A stretch of DNA of 51,563 nt from contig CAYTQP010000002.1 of assembly GCA_964440175.1 (NCBI GenBank), positions 1-51,563 of the forward strand, in the 5' to 3' direction. The position numbers were made by a program, and so were the translations under genes. Below, in pieces: positions 8,944 to 19,251 of the stretch; positions within the stretch are counted from its first letter, which is position 1; each line of letters begins with the position of its first letter. The notes below the pieces were generated by a model. It saw only the letters and a list, made by a program, of their open reading frames with translations. It was not told the DNA's origin and searched no databases. This DNA comes from an uncultured Verrucomicrobiota bacterium (GTDB lineage Bacteria; Verrucomicrobiota; Kiritimatiellia; CAYTQP01).

Positions 8944-10242
8944 TCAAGTTTTTCGCGCCTCTTTTTCTGATCTGAACAGCAAAAAGAGCAACGCAATGCC
9001 GAACAGCACAATTATGCCCGCTACGCTGAATGAGATTCTATAGGCAAAAGTCTGTAAGCAACCTATTGCAATCAGAAAATCCACGATTGGACCTGTTATG
9101 CAGGTCGCTCCAATCCCCCAGCTCAGAAAGAAAGTCGCGTTAAATACAGAAAAAAGTTTACCCCGTTTTTCGGGGGGAATATAAGATGATGCAATCTGAT
9201 AGGAAGACGCCATAATAACAACGTCTGAAATCCCAAGCAACAGGTTGCCCACACCCACATTAAACAACATATCCGCCGCGCCAAATAGAAAAAGCGAACT
9301 CGCCGCCGCGACAGATCCCCAAATCAGAAGATTTTCAGGTCCTGTCTTTTTCAATATCCATCCCGTAAGAAAGCCGGCGAATATGATTCCCAAAGATCGA
9401 GTGTTCGCAAAATAACTTAACGTCAGGGGCGACAGATTAAACCCTGACTCCAACGTCAGATACGGTGCCATAATGACGGCAATGGAGTTGCGCCCAAAGT
9501 TTATTAGAACCATCGATATAAGAAAAATCGCAAAACTTCGCCGGACACCCTCGCTCCTTTCCGTGTCTTCAACGACATCCCGCTCCTCACTTCTTATACC
9601 ACCTTCCGGCACTGTCAGCATGGGGAATACCGACAGGAACATTATCGCGCCGGAGATAAAAAATAAAGCCCCGTTGCGAAAACCCCATCCCGCGTATTCT
9701 GTTCCCATTTTATCGTAAAGCAAACCACCCGCGAGAATGCCTGCCATGCGACCGACACCCCCCAGGCTTTCCAGTTTCCCCATAATATGCCCGCGCTCTT
9801 TTTCATCGTATATATCGGAGATCAACGCGCTCCAGCCTATATTAGACATAGACCAAAACACCTCGATAACGGTCAGCCCAACAATAATGATCCAGCCGGA
9901 ATATATTTTATCGCGAGGAATTAAGTGGAGATACCATAGAATAATTGTTCCAATTCCTGCAAGCACCTCCCCCCAGATGACCATAGATCTTCTTCTTTGA
10001 TATTTATCGGAAAAAACACCCCACAAATAACGCTGGGAAAGAACATTCAGTATCATTGGCAGACTTGCAAACAGTGTGGTTTCAGTAACCGAGAGTCCTA
10101 GAAACTGTCGCAGGTAGATTGCCAGATAACTGTAGAAAAGTCCGCGCCTGAACATGGCGAGAATCTGGAACGATGACATCCCGACAAATATTTTCACAGT
10201 AACTGCTATACTCCGAAATACCGGGCGGCGTTGTCGTGACAA
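8944..10242 (-). CDS. MFS transporter
   Basis: 432-aa polytopic membrane protein with about 12 hydrophobic segments and an MFS-like loop (SDKYQRRRSM). The start may instead be the ATG at 10179, which would remove the 37-nt overlap with uxaC. Confidence 0.75.
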   Translation of the reverse strand: MSRQRRPVFRSIAVTVKIFVGMSSFQILAMFRRGLFYSYLAIYLRQFLGLSVTETTLFASLPMILNVLSQRYLWGVFSDKYQRRRSMVIWGEVLAGIGTIILWYLHLIPRDKIYSGWIIIVGLTVIEVFWSMSNIGWSALISDIYDEKERGHIMGKLESLGGVGRMAGILAGGLLYDKMGTEYAGWGFRNGALFFISGAIMFLSVFPMLTVPEGGIRSEERDVVEDTERSEGVRRSFAIFLISMVLINFGRNSIAVIMAPYLTLESGFNLSPLTLSYFANTRSLGIIFAGFLTGWILKKTGPENLLIWGSVAAASSLFLFGAADMLFNVGVGNLLLGISDVVIMASSYQIASSYIPPEKRGKLFSVFNATFFLSWGIGATCITGPIVDFLIAIGCLQTFAYRISFSVAGIIVLFGIALLFLLFRSEKEARKT

Positions 10243-11615
10243 ATATCACGCACCATCCCGCCGAGTAGCGCGAAATCGTTGGGAACAAGTCCCTCTTGTA
10301 TGTCACGTCCAAGGATATTACAGAGAATGCGGCGGAAATATTCGTGACGCGGAAATGACAGAAACGAGCGCGAATCGGTCAGCATCCCCACAAAACGGCT
10401 GAGCAGCCCCATGTTTGAGAGGTCGTCAATCTGGTGCTCCATTCCACTCTTATTGTCACAAAACCACCAGGCACTACCGTGCTGAATCTTGCCAGGTGTG
10501 CTTCCATCCTGGAAATTGCCGGCCATAGTGACCAGCAAGGCGTTGTCTGCGGGGTTAAGATTGTAGAGAATTGTGCGCGGAAGCCGCCCCTCACGATCGA
10601 GCCGGTCGAGCAAACGGGAAAGTCCGGGAACATAAGATGCGTCACCTATGGAGTCCGCCCCGGCATCGGGTCCGTGCGCCCGCATCAAGCGCGAACTGTT
10701 GTTGCGGAACGCACCAATATGATACTGCTGTACCCAACCTGCGTCGTAATCCATAACCCCCAGCTCATAGAGCATGATAGAGTTGAATTTCGCTATCTCG
10801 TTGTTGTCAAGTTCAACCCCGGCATGCAATTTTGTGAATATGGCACAAGCCTCCCCGTGTGTGCATTCATCGGCATGCACCAGTTCCAGACCGTGATCGG
10901 ATACGCAGCACCCAACTGCGGCAAAGTCCTCGTGACGACGTTTCAACGCGGCGAGAAAGGTGTCAAAATCGGATATATTCATGTCCGCAGTCCTAGCGAG
11001 CCGGGCGGTCCACTTTTTGAACGCATCAGCATTGCCAACCGCCCGGGCCTTATCAGGGCGGAAGGTGGGAAGAACGGTGATGGACGCAGCTGGATCGGTG
11101 CGAATGGTTTTGTGGTACTCCAGACTGTCTGCGGGGTCATCGGTTGTGCAAACGAATTCCACATTCATACTCTTCATAATCCCACGGCATGAGTATTCGG
11201 GCTGGCTTAGTTTGGCGTTGCACTCCTCCCATATTCCCTCCGCCGTCTCTGCGTTCAAAAGCCGGGTTATACCGAAAACGCGACTTAGTTCCATATGCGT
11301 CCAGTGGTAGAGTGGATTACGAAGTGTTTTGGGAACTGTTTCTGCCCATTTTTGAAATTTATCGCGGTCGCTTGCAACGCCGGTGCAGTATTTCTCTGAT
11401 ATGCCGTTAATGCGCATTGCACGCCATTTGTAGTGGTCGCCGGCCAGCCACGCCTGGGTTATATTTTCGAAACGCCGATCTGTAGCGATATCGGCGGGGG
11501 GCAGATGGGAGTGGAAATCGATAATAGGCGCGTCTTCAGCATATTCGTGATAGAGTCGAACCGCCTCTGCGGTTTGCAAAAGGAAATTATCGTGAATAAA
11601 GGTGTCGCCACTCAT
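10206..11615 (-). CDS. uxaC: Glucuronate isomerase
   Basis: N-terminus FIHDNFLLQTAEAVRLYHEYAEDAPIIDFHSHLPPADIA and length (~469 aa from ATG 11615) are typical of UxaC. The 11615 start abuts the upstream gene's stop at 11617. Confidence 0.92.
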   Translation of the reverse strand: MSGDTFIHDNFLLQTAEAVRLYHEYAEDAPIIDFHSHLPPADIATDRRFENITQAWLAGDHYKWRAMRINGISEKYCTGVASDRDKFQKWAETVPKTLRNPLYHWTHMELSRVFGITRLLNAETAEGIWEECNAKLSQPEYSCRGIMKSMNVEFVCTTDDPADSLEYHKTIRTDPAASITVLPTFRPDKARAVGNADAFKKWTARLARTADMNISDFDTFLAALKRRHEDFAAVGCCVSDHGLELVHADECTHGEACAIFTKLHAGVELDNNEIAKFNSIMLYELGVMDYDAGWVQQYHIGAFRNNSSRLMRAHGPDAGADSIGDASYVPGLSRLLDRLDREGRLPRTILYNLNPADNALLVTMAGNFQDGSTPGKIQHGSAWWFCDNKSGMEHQIDDLSNMGLLSRFVGMLTDSRSFLSFPRHEYFRRILCNILGRDIQEGLVPNDFALLGGMVRDICHDNAARYFGV

Positions 11616-11616
11616 A

Positions 11617-12507
11617 TCAGGCCCTTTCAGGTTTATTTCTGTCCTCGTGATTCTCCACATAGGATTTTAGAACAGGATTTATGGTGTTGTTCATAAACGC
11701 CGCCCATGCCGCCCGCAGTTCCGTCCACGGGTCAAGCTGTTCTTCAGCTCTGCAACACAGCTCCGCAATATATTCAACCGTTCGCTGAATATTTGAATCT
11801 GAGGCAGTGGCGGCGGTGATCTTGCCCCGGCGGCGGTCACTGCCAAGCGATTTCCCTGCTTGATCCGCATCTCCACCCGCATCGAGAATGTCGTCTCCGA
11901 GCTGATAAGCGGTTCCTATCAGATAGCCAGCCTCTTTCAGTGCCGCCCGCATATCATCGGTTGTGGCGGCGGCGCTGGCACTAAACGCGAAGAGAGAACC
12001 GGTTTTCCGGCGGGCGAGACTCACACTTGTCTCCCAATCGCCGGTCTGTCCGCGCAAGACCAGCTCCTGCTCGACCTCCGCAATACAGACATTGCCCGTC
12101 ATATCTATCAAGACATCCAGTATCTCACTGTCGCTGAGTTCACGAATCAGCTGAATGGCCTTGAACATGAGCATGTCACCCATAAGAATTGCGCCCTGAA
12201 CACCATGCTCGACCCAGAACGCCGGAACGCCACGCCGCAGTGAGCCGCCATCAATGACATCATCGTGCAGAAGACTGGCGGCGTGAATCATCTCCACCGC
12301 CGCGCCGGCGTGATTCAACCGGCGGTTCTCCGCGCCTGTGGCATCACCGAGCTGGAGGATCATCCGCGCCCGCAACATTTTACCGGAGACGATAAAACGC
12401 ATATACTCCGATGCCGCATCAGCCAGTGGAGATGAAGTGAGGCATCTCTCAATCAATGCCGCGACCGTAGCGCGACCTTTCCCAGTTTCGTTTATCACAA
12501 CGCTCAT
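11617..12507 (-). CDS. Polyprenyl diphosphate synthase (trans-isoprenyl diphosphate synthase family)
   Basis: Two DDxxD motifs (LLHDDVIDG and QLGDDILD) with spacing typical of FPP/GGPP/long-chain prenyl synthases. Confidence 0.85.
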   Translation of the reverse strand: MSVVINETGKGRATVAALIERCLTSSPLADAASEYMRFIVSGKMLRARMILQLGDATGAENRRLNHAGAAVEMIHAASLLHDDVIDGGSLRRGVPAFWVEHGVQGAILMGDMLMFKAIQLIRELSDSEILDVLIDMTGNVCIAEVEQELVLRGQTGDWETSVSLARRKTGSLFAFSASAAATTDDMRAALKEAGYLIGTAYQLGDDILDAGGDADQAGKSLGSDRRRGKITAATASDSNIQRTVEYIAELCCRAEEQLDPWTELRAAWAAFMNNTINPVLKSYVENHEDRNKPERA

Positions 12508-12517
12508 TTTCGCAGTC

Positions 12518-13921
12518 TCACTCCGTAGCTTTGGTTTTCGCCGTACGCAGCGGAATCTTAAGATCGCCTTTGTAGCGCACCTTTATCACCGAGACATAGG
12601 GTGAGGGGGCCACCGTCGGCAGATGGATTTTCGGGGGAAACGCTTTGTACTCCTCCACCTTCAACTCTGAATCCGGTGTGGCGAGCAGAGTGGCGGAGAC
12701 GATAGGGTTCGCCATACCCGGAAGCTCCAGCACTCCGGTTGAGGGCCAGGTGAAAACGTGCAGGTAGAGTGTCTTCTCATCAAGTTTCGCGGTTATGCGC
12801 CCAAAGGGAACTTTGCCAAACGGGTTGGCGGTTGTGCCGTAAACCGCTTCGCCATTCTCATCCATCCACACACCAATCTCTTTCAAGCGCTTTATGGCCT
12901 CGGCAGGGAATGTTCCGTCGGCTTTGGGCCCTATATTCAGGAGGTAGTTACCGCCTTTACTGGCGATATCAACAACTTTTTTCACAAGGCTTTCAGTGCT
13001 TTTCCAGCGGTGATCGTTCTTATTCCATCCCCAGTGCCTGTTCATAGTCATGCATGACTCCCAGTCCACGCCCGGCAGACCATTGGCGGGAATCTTCTGT
13101 TCAGGAGTGCCAAAATCACCAGCATAGTTCCCATCGCCGTCTTTTCCTCTTCTAGCCTTGTCAACACGGTTGTTGATGATGATGTCTGGTTGCAGACCGC
13201 GCACATATTCGTAGAGATCCAGCCCCATTTTGTGATTCCATGCGTTTTCCCATTCGCCATCAAACCACATCACTCCGGGATGATAGTTCGTGATAATCTC
13301 TTTCAGCTGGGCTTTCATATATTTTATATAGCGGTCGAAATCACGCGGTTTTTTTGCACGCTCCTTCTCCCATTTGCGGGCAGGATAGTCGGGGTGATGC
13401 CAGTCCATAATTGAGTGATATGTGCAGAAAACTATTCCCTCCTTATCGCAGGCCGCCTTCAACTCAGCGAGAATATCGCGTTTAAACGGGGTGGATGCCA
13501 CATCAAACTCGGTCTGCTCACTCGGCCACAAGCAGAACCCGTCGTGATGCTTTGAGGTGATAACGATATACTTCATTCCTGCCGCTTTTGCCATTTTTAC
13601 CCAGGCATCTGCGTCAAAATTGACGGGATTAAACTGCTCTACAAATTTATCGTACACGTCCAGAGGGATCTTCGCCGTTGTGCGAATCCACTCGGCATGC
13701 CCGGTTTTCCCTTCCCATTCTCCAGCGGGAACCGCGTAAAGACCCCAGTGAATAAACATGCCGAAACGGGCATCCCGCCACCATTTCATGCGCTGATCTG
13801 TCACTTCTCTGCTCTCATCCTTAAAGGAACTCTTCTCGGCGTAAAGCGTGGAATCGGTTAGAAGCAGTATCGCAACCGCACTCAGAAGAAATTTAGCTCC
13901 TGTCATTCCTGATTTAATCAT
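12518..13921 (-). CDS. Alpha-L-fucosidase, GH29 family, secreted
   Basis: RFGMFIHWGLYAVPAGEW, KYIVITSKHHDGFCLWPS and MWFDGEW are GH29 hallmarks. The ATG at 13921 is preceded by AAGGA and gives a signal peptide (MIKSGMTGAKFLLSAVAILLL). The track ORF extends to 13963. Confidence 0.88.
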   Translation of the reverse strand: MIKSGMTGAKFLLSAVAILLLTDSTLYAEKSSFKDESREVTDQRMKWWRDARFGMFIHWGLYAVPAGEWEGKTGHAEWIRTTAKIPLDVYDKFVEQFNPVNFDADAWVKMAKAAGMKYIVITSKHHDGFCLWPSEQTEFDVASTPFKRDILAELKAACDKEGIVFCTYHSIMDWHHPDYPARKWEKERAKKPRDFDRYIKYMKAQLKEIITNYHPGVMWFDGEWENAWNHKMGLDLYEYVRGLQPDIIINNRVDKARRGKDGDGNYAGDFGTPEQKIPANGLPGVDWESCMTMNRHWGWNKNDHRWKSTESLVKKVVDIASKGGNYLLNIGPKADGTFPAEAIKRLKEIGVWMDENGEAVYGTTANPFGKVPFGRITAKLDEKTLYLHVFTWPSTGVLELPGMANPIVSATLLATPDSELKVEEYKAFPPKIHLPTVAPSPYVSVIKVRYKGDLKIPLRTAKTKATE

Positions 13922-13997
13922 GGCATTATCCTTTCTAAACATATTCAGAACCAAAACAAACATTAAGATGCATTACTAATAACTCTCCCTGTAAAGG

Positions 13998-14732
13998 TCA
14001 ACCAACATTGAACTCGAAGATGAGGGGGAGGTGATCCGAGAGCATTATTTCAGGGGTATCGAATTTTTCCGGGTGAATATCGGAACTGTGCAGAATAAAA
14101 TCAAGATGACGTTTTGGTGCCCAGCTTGGAAAAGACGGAACACTAGCGGTGTTGGCGTTTATCAATCCTGTCGCCGCGAGGAAGAGATTGATCTCCTGCT
14201 CCCCCCAGATGGCGTTGAAGTCACCCGCCACGATGAGGGGACCCTTGGTCTCTTTCACAAGCGTATAGAGTTCAGCCAGCTGAAAGTGGCGCACACGTGA
14301 GCCAAGTGCCAGATGAACAAGGAATATGGTAAGATTTTCAAGTTCCAGTTCAATAACCAGCCGTTTCATTCCCTTATTGAAGTAGTGGAATTTTTGATTG
14401 GTGAAGGAGTCTTTGGAGAGGAAAGCGTTGCCGAGTTTGTTGAATATGGGAACAAGGTTCCAATTTGAACTCACACCGTACTTTGATCGGAACGCATGGT
14501 AGTGCCCGAGCTTGTCAGAGATTGTCTGCACCTGGTTTTTTTTCCCGGTTCGATATGAACCCAAATCAACCTCCAGCAACCCCAGCACATCCGGATTGCG
14601 CTGATCTATGAACTTTATAATCTCCTGAAGATGGTCATCTGTTTTATGCAGATAGCCACTGACAAACGAGAGCGGTCCTCGTTTAGCACGTGCGCCAGTT
14701 CCATACCTTATGTTGTACATCATAAATTTCAT
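13998..14732 (-). CDS. Endonuclease/exonuclease/phosphatase (EEP) family protein
   Basis: MKFMMYNIRYGTG...DVLGLLEV...VAGDFN...SDHLPL is the EEP motif series. The 5' end is uncertain; the track ORF runs to 14873. Confidence 0.7.
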   Translation of the reverse strand: MKFMMYNIRYGTGARAKRGPLSFVSGYLHKTDDHLQEIIKFIDQRNPDVLGLLEVDLGSYRTGKKNQVQTISDKLGHYHAFRSKYGVSSNWNLVPIFNKLGNAFLSKDSFTNQKFHYFNKGMKRLVIELELENLTIFLVHLALGSRVRHFQLAELYTLVKETKGPLIVAGDFNAIWGEQEINLFLAATGLINANTASVPSFPSWAPKRHLDFILHSSDIHPEKFDTPEIMLSDHLPLIFEFNVG

Positions 14733-14898
14733 GCCGGTATTTATACACAAAAACAGCGATGAATAACAGTATGAATATTGATAATTGATGGGGGCGCATT
14801 TCGAATCGCGGAGACCTCGGCGGTATCCCATGATTCCACCGCTTTCAACCAGATTCAGAGCTAAATCCATCATTTGCGCTTAATTCCGCTCAGCGCGT

Positions 14899-14955
14899 GA
14901 CCGCCAAAAGCCATGCGCTGGAGAGCAAAACACACGACCTTTGGCGGTCTTTTTT
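14899..14955 (+). terminator. Terminator-like inverted repeat (GACCGCCAAA ... TTTGGCGGTC followed by T6 on the plus strand)
   Basis: 10-bp perfect arms at 14899-14908 and 14940-14949 with a 31-nt loop, then tttttt at 14950-14955. It lies just downstream of the minus-strand hsp20 stop, so it may act bidirectionally. The large loop weakens the call. Confidence 0.3.
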
Positions 14956-14964
14956 AGTCTCTTT

Positions 14965-15402
14965 TCACTTAATCTTAATCTCAATCTGCTTTGGTTTCAA
15001 CTCGTCTGATTTCGGTATAGTCAAATTGAGAATGCCGTTCTTGTACACCGCTTTTATCTCTCCTGCTTTTACCGCCCTGGGCAGAGTAAAACTCCTTATA
15101 AAAGAGCCATAAGAGCATTCCGTGCGATGTCTTTTATTATCCTTATTTTCTGTTCTTTTTTGACCTTTAATAGTCAAGACCCCATTATCAATATTGACAC
15201 TGACATCATCCTTCTCAACGCCAGGCAATTCAGCCTTCACAGTGAAAACGTCTTCCTCTTCCTCAATATCAACAACGGGCATCCAATCACCAACCTCAAA
15301 GGCCGAATCGTCTCTTTTGGTCAATGACTTTCGCGATGATCGACCGTATCTGTCGAGCAGTTCTTCCATTTCAAGGAAAGGATCCCAAATAGATAAGTTC
15401 AT
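14965..15402 (-). CDS. Small heat-shock protein (Hsp20/alpha-crystallin family)
   Basis: Alpha-crystallin core (VDIEEEEDVFTVKAELPGVEKDDVSVNIDNGVLTIKGQ...FIRSFTLP...A.YKNGIL.L.IPK). ATG 15402 (MNLSIWDPF) is preceded by GAGGAG. The track start at 15417 lies inside that RBS. Confidence 0.92.
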   Translation of the reverse strand: MNLSIWDPFLEMEELLDRYGRSSRKSLTKRDDSAFEVGDWMPVVDIEEEEDVFTVKAELPGVEKDDVSVNIDNGVLTIKGQKRTENKDNKRHRTECSYGSFIRSFTLPRAVKAGEIKAVYKNGILNLTIPKSDELKPKQIEIKIK

Positions 15403-15635
15403 AACACTTCTCCTCATATTTATGTGTTTCTAATCTTAACACATCAAATTCCGCATGAAACACGTATACGGAATTCAATCCCGCAACCGTTCTGTCCACA
15501 ATTTCGATCTTTCAGAACCCAAATTTCGGTTTTTTGACAACCCGGAATTATTTTTGTTCAAATCTGAAACACTTCCGTTCTTTTTTTACGCCCGATTCGA
15601 TTTTTCTGTCCATCTATTTTCAGATCAATTCGTGC

Positions 15636-15664
15636 TTGACCTTATGCTCATCTGTCTCTATTGT
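15636..15664 (+). promoter_or_regulatory. Candidate sigma70-type promoter upstream of nusA
   Basis: TTGACC (15636-15641), a 17-nt spacer, then TATTGT (15659-15664), about 115 nt before the nusA ATG. This is a consensus match only. Confidence 0.3.
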
Positions 15665-15779
15665 GGCGGTTGTTTTTTTGTAACATTGGGAAAAATATTT
15701 TGCGAACAGTGTGAAGAGTGGGTTTTTCCCGCTCTTTTGCGTATCTGGTTCGCGTTGAAATTTTAAATAGGGAATTATT

Positions 15780-17051
15780 ATGAATCATCAGTTGAAGGCT
15801 TTAGTTGATTATTATTATGCTGAGCGAAAGATTGATAGTGAGACAATTTTCGTGGCACTGGAGGGGGCGATTTCCAATGCCGCAAAGAAGTGGAAGGAAG
15901 CTCCGGAGATGCTTGCGGTGCATATAGACCGGGACACTTACGATATCCACGCCTGCGCTAAACTCACAGTGGTGGAGGGAACTACACCGGACAACAATGA
16001 GATCGCGCTGTTCAAGGCGCGGGAAGTGATGCCCGAAGCGCACCCCGGCGATCAGGTTGAGGTCGATGTGCCTCCCCCCGATTTCGGGAGAATTGGTGCA
16101 CAGACCGCCAAGCAGTTCATTCTGGAGGCGATACGCCAGGCCGAAAACAAGAACGTATATGAGTCATTCAAGGATCGGGTCGGAACAATTGTCGATGGCT
16201 CTGTGGAACATTTTAAACGTAGTGATGTTTACATAAACATAGATAACGCCCAAGCTGTTCTGCCAGCAAAAGAGCGGGTGTCAACCGAGGAATATCAAAT
16301 TGGTGAGCGTATAACAGGACTAATCATATCGGTGGACAATAAACCCGGTAATTCGGAAATAATAATTTCACGAAGCCATCCAAATTTTGTGAGAAGGCTA
16401 TTTGAGCGCGAAGTTTCAGAGATTGCCGACGGGACAGTGGAGATCAAAGCCATTGCTCGTGAGGCAGGATATCGCACAAAAATTGCTGTTTTTTCGAACG
16501 ATAACAAAGTGGATCCTGTCGGAGCCTGCGTCGGAATGCGCGGAATGCGCGTTAAAACTATCGTGCAGGAGCTTTCGGGCGAGAAGATCGATATTGTTCG
16601 ATGGGATGAGAATATGCGCAACTACATTGCGAATGCCCTGGCACCCGCCAAACTGTCAAAGATTGATATCGATGAAGAGACCCGCACCGCCACGGTTATG
16701 GTTGACCCCGAACAGATGTCGCTCGCAATTGGTAAACGCGGTCAAAATGCGCGACTCACCGCCAGATTGACCGGTTGGAGAATAGATATCGGCAAACCGG
16801 AAGAGTTCCTCGATTTCGAGGAGAAAGTGGCGCACGCCATCGCACGCCTGGCAGAGATTGAAGATGTCGGAAATGAGAGGGCATCTAAACTTATAGAATC
16901 TGGATTCCTTACGATCGAAGGCATACTGGCCGCCAGCCCGGAAGATCTTAAAGAAGTTGAAGGATTCAACGAAGAGATTGTGGAAAGCGTTCACCGCGCA
17001 GTTGAAAAAGAATACGAAAAGGAACACGGACAAATTCTGGAACCATCATGA
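15780..17051 (+). CDS. nusA: Transcription termination/antitermination factor NusA
   Basis: N-terminal domain, then S1 (GDQVEV...), then KH domains (PVGACVGMRGMRVKTIVQELSGEKIDIV; LAIGKRGQNARLTARLTGWRIDI), then one HhH-like C-terminal repeat. Confidence 0.95.
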   Translation: MNHQLKALVDYYYAERKIDSETIFVALEGAISNAAKKWKEAPEMLAVHIDRDTYDIHACAKLTVVEGTTPDNNEIALFKAREVMPEAHPGDQVEVDVPPPDFGRIGAQTAKQFILEAIRQAENKNVYESFKDRVGTIVDGSVEHFKRSDVYINIDNAQAVLPAKERVSTEEYQIGERITGLIISVDNKPGNSEIIISRSHPNFVRRLFEREVSEIADGTVEIKAIAREAGYRTKIAVFSNDNKVDPVGACVGMRGMRVKTIVQELSGEKIDIVRWDENMRNYIANALAPAKLSKIDIDEETRTATVMVDPEQMSLAIGKRGQNARLTARLTGWRIDIGKPEEFLDFEEKVAHAIARLAEIEDVGNERASKLIESGFLTIEGILAASPEDLKEVEGFNEEIVESVHRAVEKEYEKEHGQILEPS

Positions 17052-19177
17052 GATTACATCAATTAGCAAAAGAGATGAATATTGACGGGGCTAAGCTCCT
17101 TCAATTCCTTAACGAGAACGGTGGCGCTATTGGTAGCCAGCACTCAGGCGTAACGGAAGAACAGGCAGAACTTGCACGTGCCAATTTTTCGGGATCAACC
17201 GCCGGAGACACCAGCTCCGCACCCACCGCAACAAACGCGGTAATAAGCGCAAAAGTCCCACCGCTGTCGAAACCGAAAAAAGAAGACGGGAAGACCCCGA
17301 CGGCGACAGAGCCCGCCACGCCAACGCCAATACCCGCGACAGCAGAAAAAAATGAAAGTGTCGAGGTGCATGAGACTGAAACCGGAGAGGTTGTGGTTGA
17401 CGGTAAATTGACGGTGAAGAGTTTTGCCGAAATTCTCGAAATGAAACCGAATAAAATCATTTCAGAACTGATGAAGGAGAACGTCTTCGCCTCTATCAAT
17501 GCGGAACTGAAATTCGGGGTGGCAAAAAAAATCGCCGAAAAACACGGCATTGTTCTCGTAAGGAAAAAGACCCCCGCTCCATCCCCGAAAACCCCTGTTG
17601 AACCAGGGAAAGATCCGGGTGTGAGCAGTGCGCCTGATGCGCCCGACAACCCGGAAACACTGTGCTTGCGAGCTCCGGTAGTCTCGTTTCTCGGTCATGT
17701 CGATCACGGGAAAACATCCCTGCTGGATAAGATCCGCAAGGCATCCGTGGCCGAGGGTGAGTCTGGTGGAATCACTCAGCACATCGGTGCTTACTCTGTT
17801 GAGGTGAATGATCATCCGATCACTTTTCTGGACACTCCCGGACATGCGGCTTTCACCGCCATGCGTGCACGCGGTGCGAATCTGACAGATATTGTTGTTC
17901 TGATTATCGCCGCAGATGACGGCGTTATGCCGCAAACTAAAGAGGCTATTCAGCACGCCAAGGCGGCCGGAGTCTGTATCATCGTGGCCGCCAACAAGAT
18001 GGATCTGCCGGGGGCCAACCTCGACAAGCTTTATCAGGGTCTGATGGAAGCCGAACTGTTGCCCGAAGCACTTGGTGGCGATATCGGCGTGTTCCCCGTG
18101 AGTGCTGTGACGGGTGAGGGCATTCATGAACTCCTGGAACATATAAATCTGGAGGCTGAAATGCTGGAGCTGACAGCCAATCCCAAGCGTGCTGCCGATG
18201 GTTATGTCATTGAGGCGAAACTGGAGCCGGGAATGGGTCCAACAGCCACCCTGCTCATCAAACGCGGAACGCTGAAAGTTGGTGATTCTTTCATAAGCGG
18301 TTCATGCTGGGGCAAGATTAAGGCACTGATAAACGATAAAGGACATAAAATCCGCACCGCCAAACCCTCCATGGCGGTGAAATGTATGGGGCTGAACAGT
18401 GTGCCCGAGGCGGGCGCGGCTTTCGAGATTATTAAAGACAACCGTCAGGCGAAAAAGATAGCCAAAGAGCGTGTTGAAGCTGAACGGCAGGAGTCGTTAA
18501 AGCAAACCAAACCCGAAGAGATTACACTCGAAAACATCTTCGAACAAATCGACAGCGAAAAGAAAAAAGAGCTGTCCGTACTACTGAAGTGCGATGTTCA
18601 AGGCTCCCTCGAAGCCGTGGAACAACTGCTGGGAGAGATAGAGAGCGACAAAGTGTCGCTGAAAATACTCCTGAGTGCTGTTGGCAATATTAACGAAAAC
18701 GATATACTGCTGGCAAAGGCCTCCCATGCCGTGATATTGGGATTCCACGTCAGTAAAGAGAGTGGCGTGACAGCCATAATAAAACGCGAAGGTGTCGAGG
18801 TTCGTCTCTACAGCGTTATTTATGAGATGGCCGATGATGTGAAACGCGCCATGACGGGACTGATTGATCCAGAATACCGTGAAAAAATTATCGGTCAGGC
18901 GGAGATACGCCAAATATTTGAGATCGGGAAACGCAGCAAAATCGCCGGGTGCATGGTGATTGACGGAGTCATAAGGGCGACCGGCAAGGCCAGAGTCAAA
19001 CGTAATGATGACATCATCTATGAAGGGAATCTCTCATCACTGAAACGTTTTCAGAACGATGCCAGAGAGGTTCGCGATGGACAGGAATGCGGAATATCGC
19101 TTGATAATTTCATAGATTTCGATACCGGGGATATTATTGAATGCTACCTGATGGAGAAACTGGAACGCGAGCTGTAA
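17048..19177 (+). CDS. infB: Translation initiation factor IF-2
   Basis: GTPase motifs [17 protein letters not shown] and NKMD, plus the C-terminal IF-2 beta-barrels. ATGA start/stop overlap with nusA. Confidence 0.96.
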   Translation: MRLHQLAKEMNIDGAKLLQFLNENGGAIGSQHSGVTEEQAELARANFSGSTAGDTSSAPTATNAVISAKVPPLSKPKKEDGKTPTATEPATPTPIPATAEKNESVEVHETETGEVVVDGKLTVKSFAEILEMKPNKIISELMKENVFASINAELKFGVAKKIAEKHGIVLVRKKTPAPSPKTPVEPGKDPGVSSAPDAPDNPETLCLRAPVVSFLGHVDHGKTSLLDKIRKASVAEGESGGITQHIGAYSVEVNDHPITFLDTPGHAAFTAMRARGANLTDIVVLIIAADDGVMPQTKEAIQHAKAAGVCIIVAANKMDLPGANLDKLYQGLMEAELLPEALGGDIGVFPVSAVTGEGIHELLEHINLEAEMLELTANPKRAADGYVIEAKLEPGMGPTATLLIKRGTLKVGDSFISGSCWGKIKALINDKGHKIRTAKPSMAVKCMGLNSVPEAGAAFEIIKDNRQAKKIAKERVEAERQESLKQTKPEEITLENIFEQIDSEKKKELSVLLKCDVQGSLEAVEQLLGEIESDKVSLKILLSAVGNINENDILLAKASHAVILGFHVSKESGVTAIIKREGVEVRLYSVIYEMADDVKRAMTGLIDPEYREKIIGQAEIRQIFEIGKRSKIAGCMVIDGVIRATGKARVKRNDDIIYEGNLSSLKRFQNDAREVRDGQECGISLDNFIDFDTGDIIECYLMEKLEREL

Positions 19178-19251
19178 GCACCAGCGACGACACACCTCAC
19201 TCCGTGTCGGCTATAATAAAACTAAAAAGCAAAAACTATCAGAGGTAATCC

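Noticed and set aside
15455-15766. 103-aa ORF directly upstream of nusA, at the position where rimP is often found.
   Set aside because: The Phe/Leu-rich translation derives from T-runs, shows no RimP-like motifs and has no RBS. It also overlaps the candidate nusA promoter. I treat the region as intergenic; rimP appears to be absent here.
16544-16561. Perfect tandem 9-mer GGAATGCGC x2.
   Set aside because: It encodes GMRGMR in the conserved first KH domain of NusA (VGMRGxRV). It is a coding coincidence, not a repeat element.
17462-18142. 226-aa ORF (and others at 17101-17649) antisense to infB.
   Set aside because: The region is covered by the IF-2 GTPase domain on the plus strand. These are shadow ORFs.
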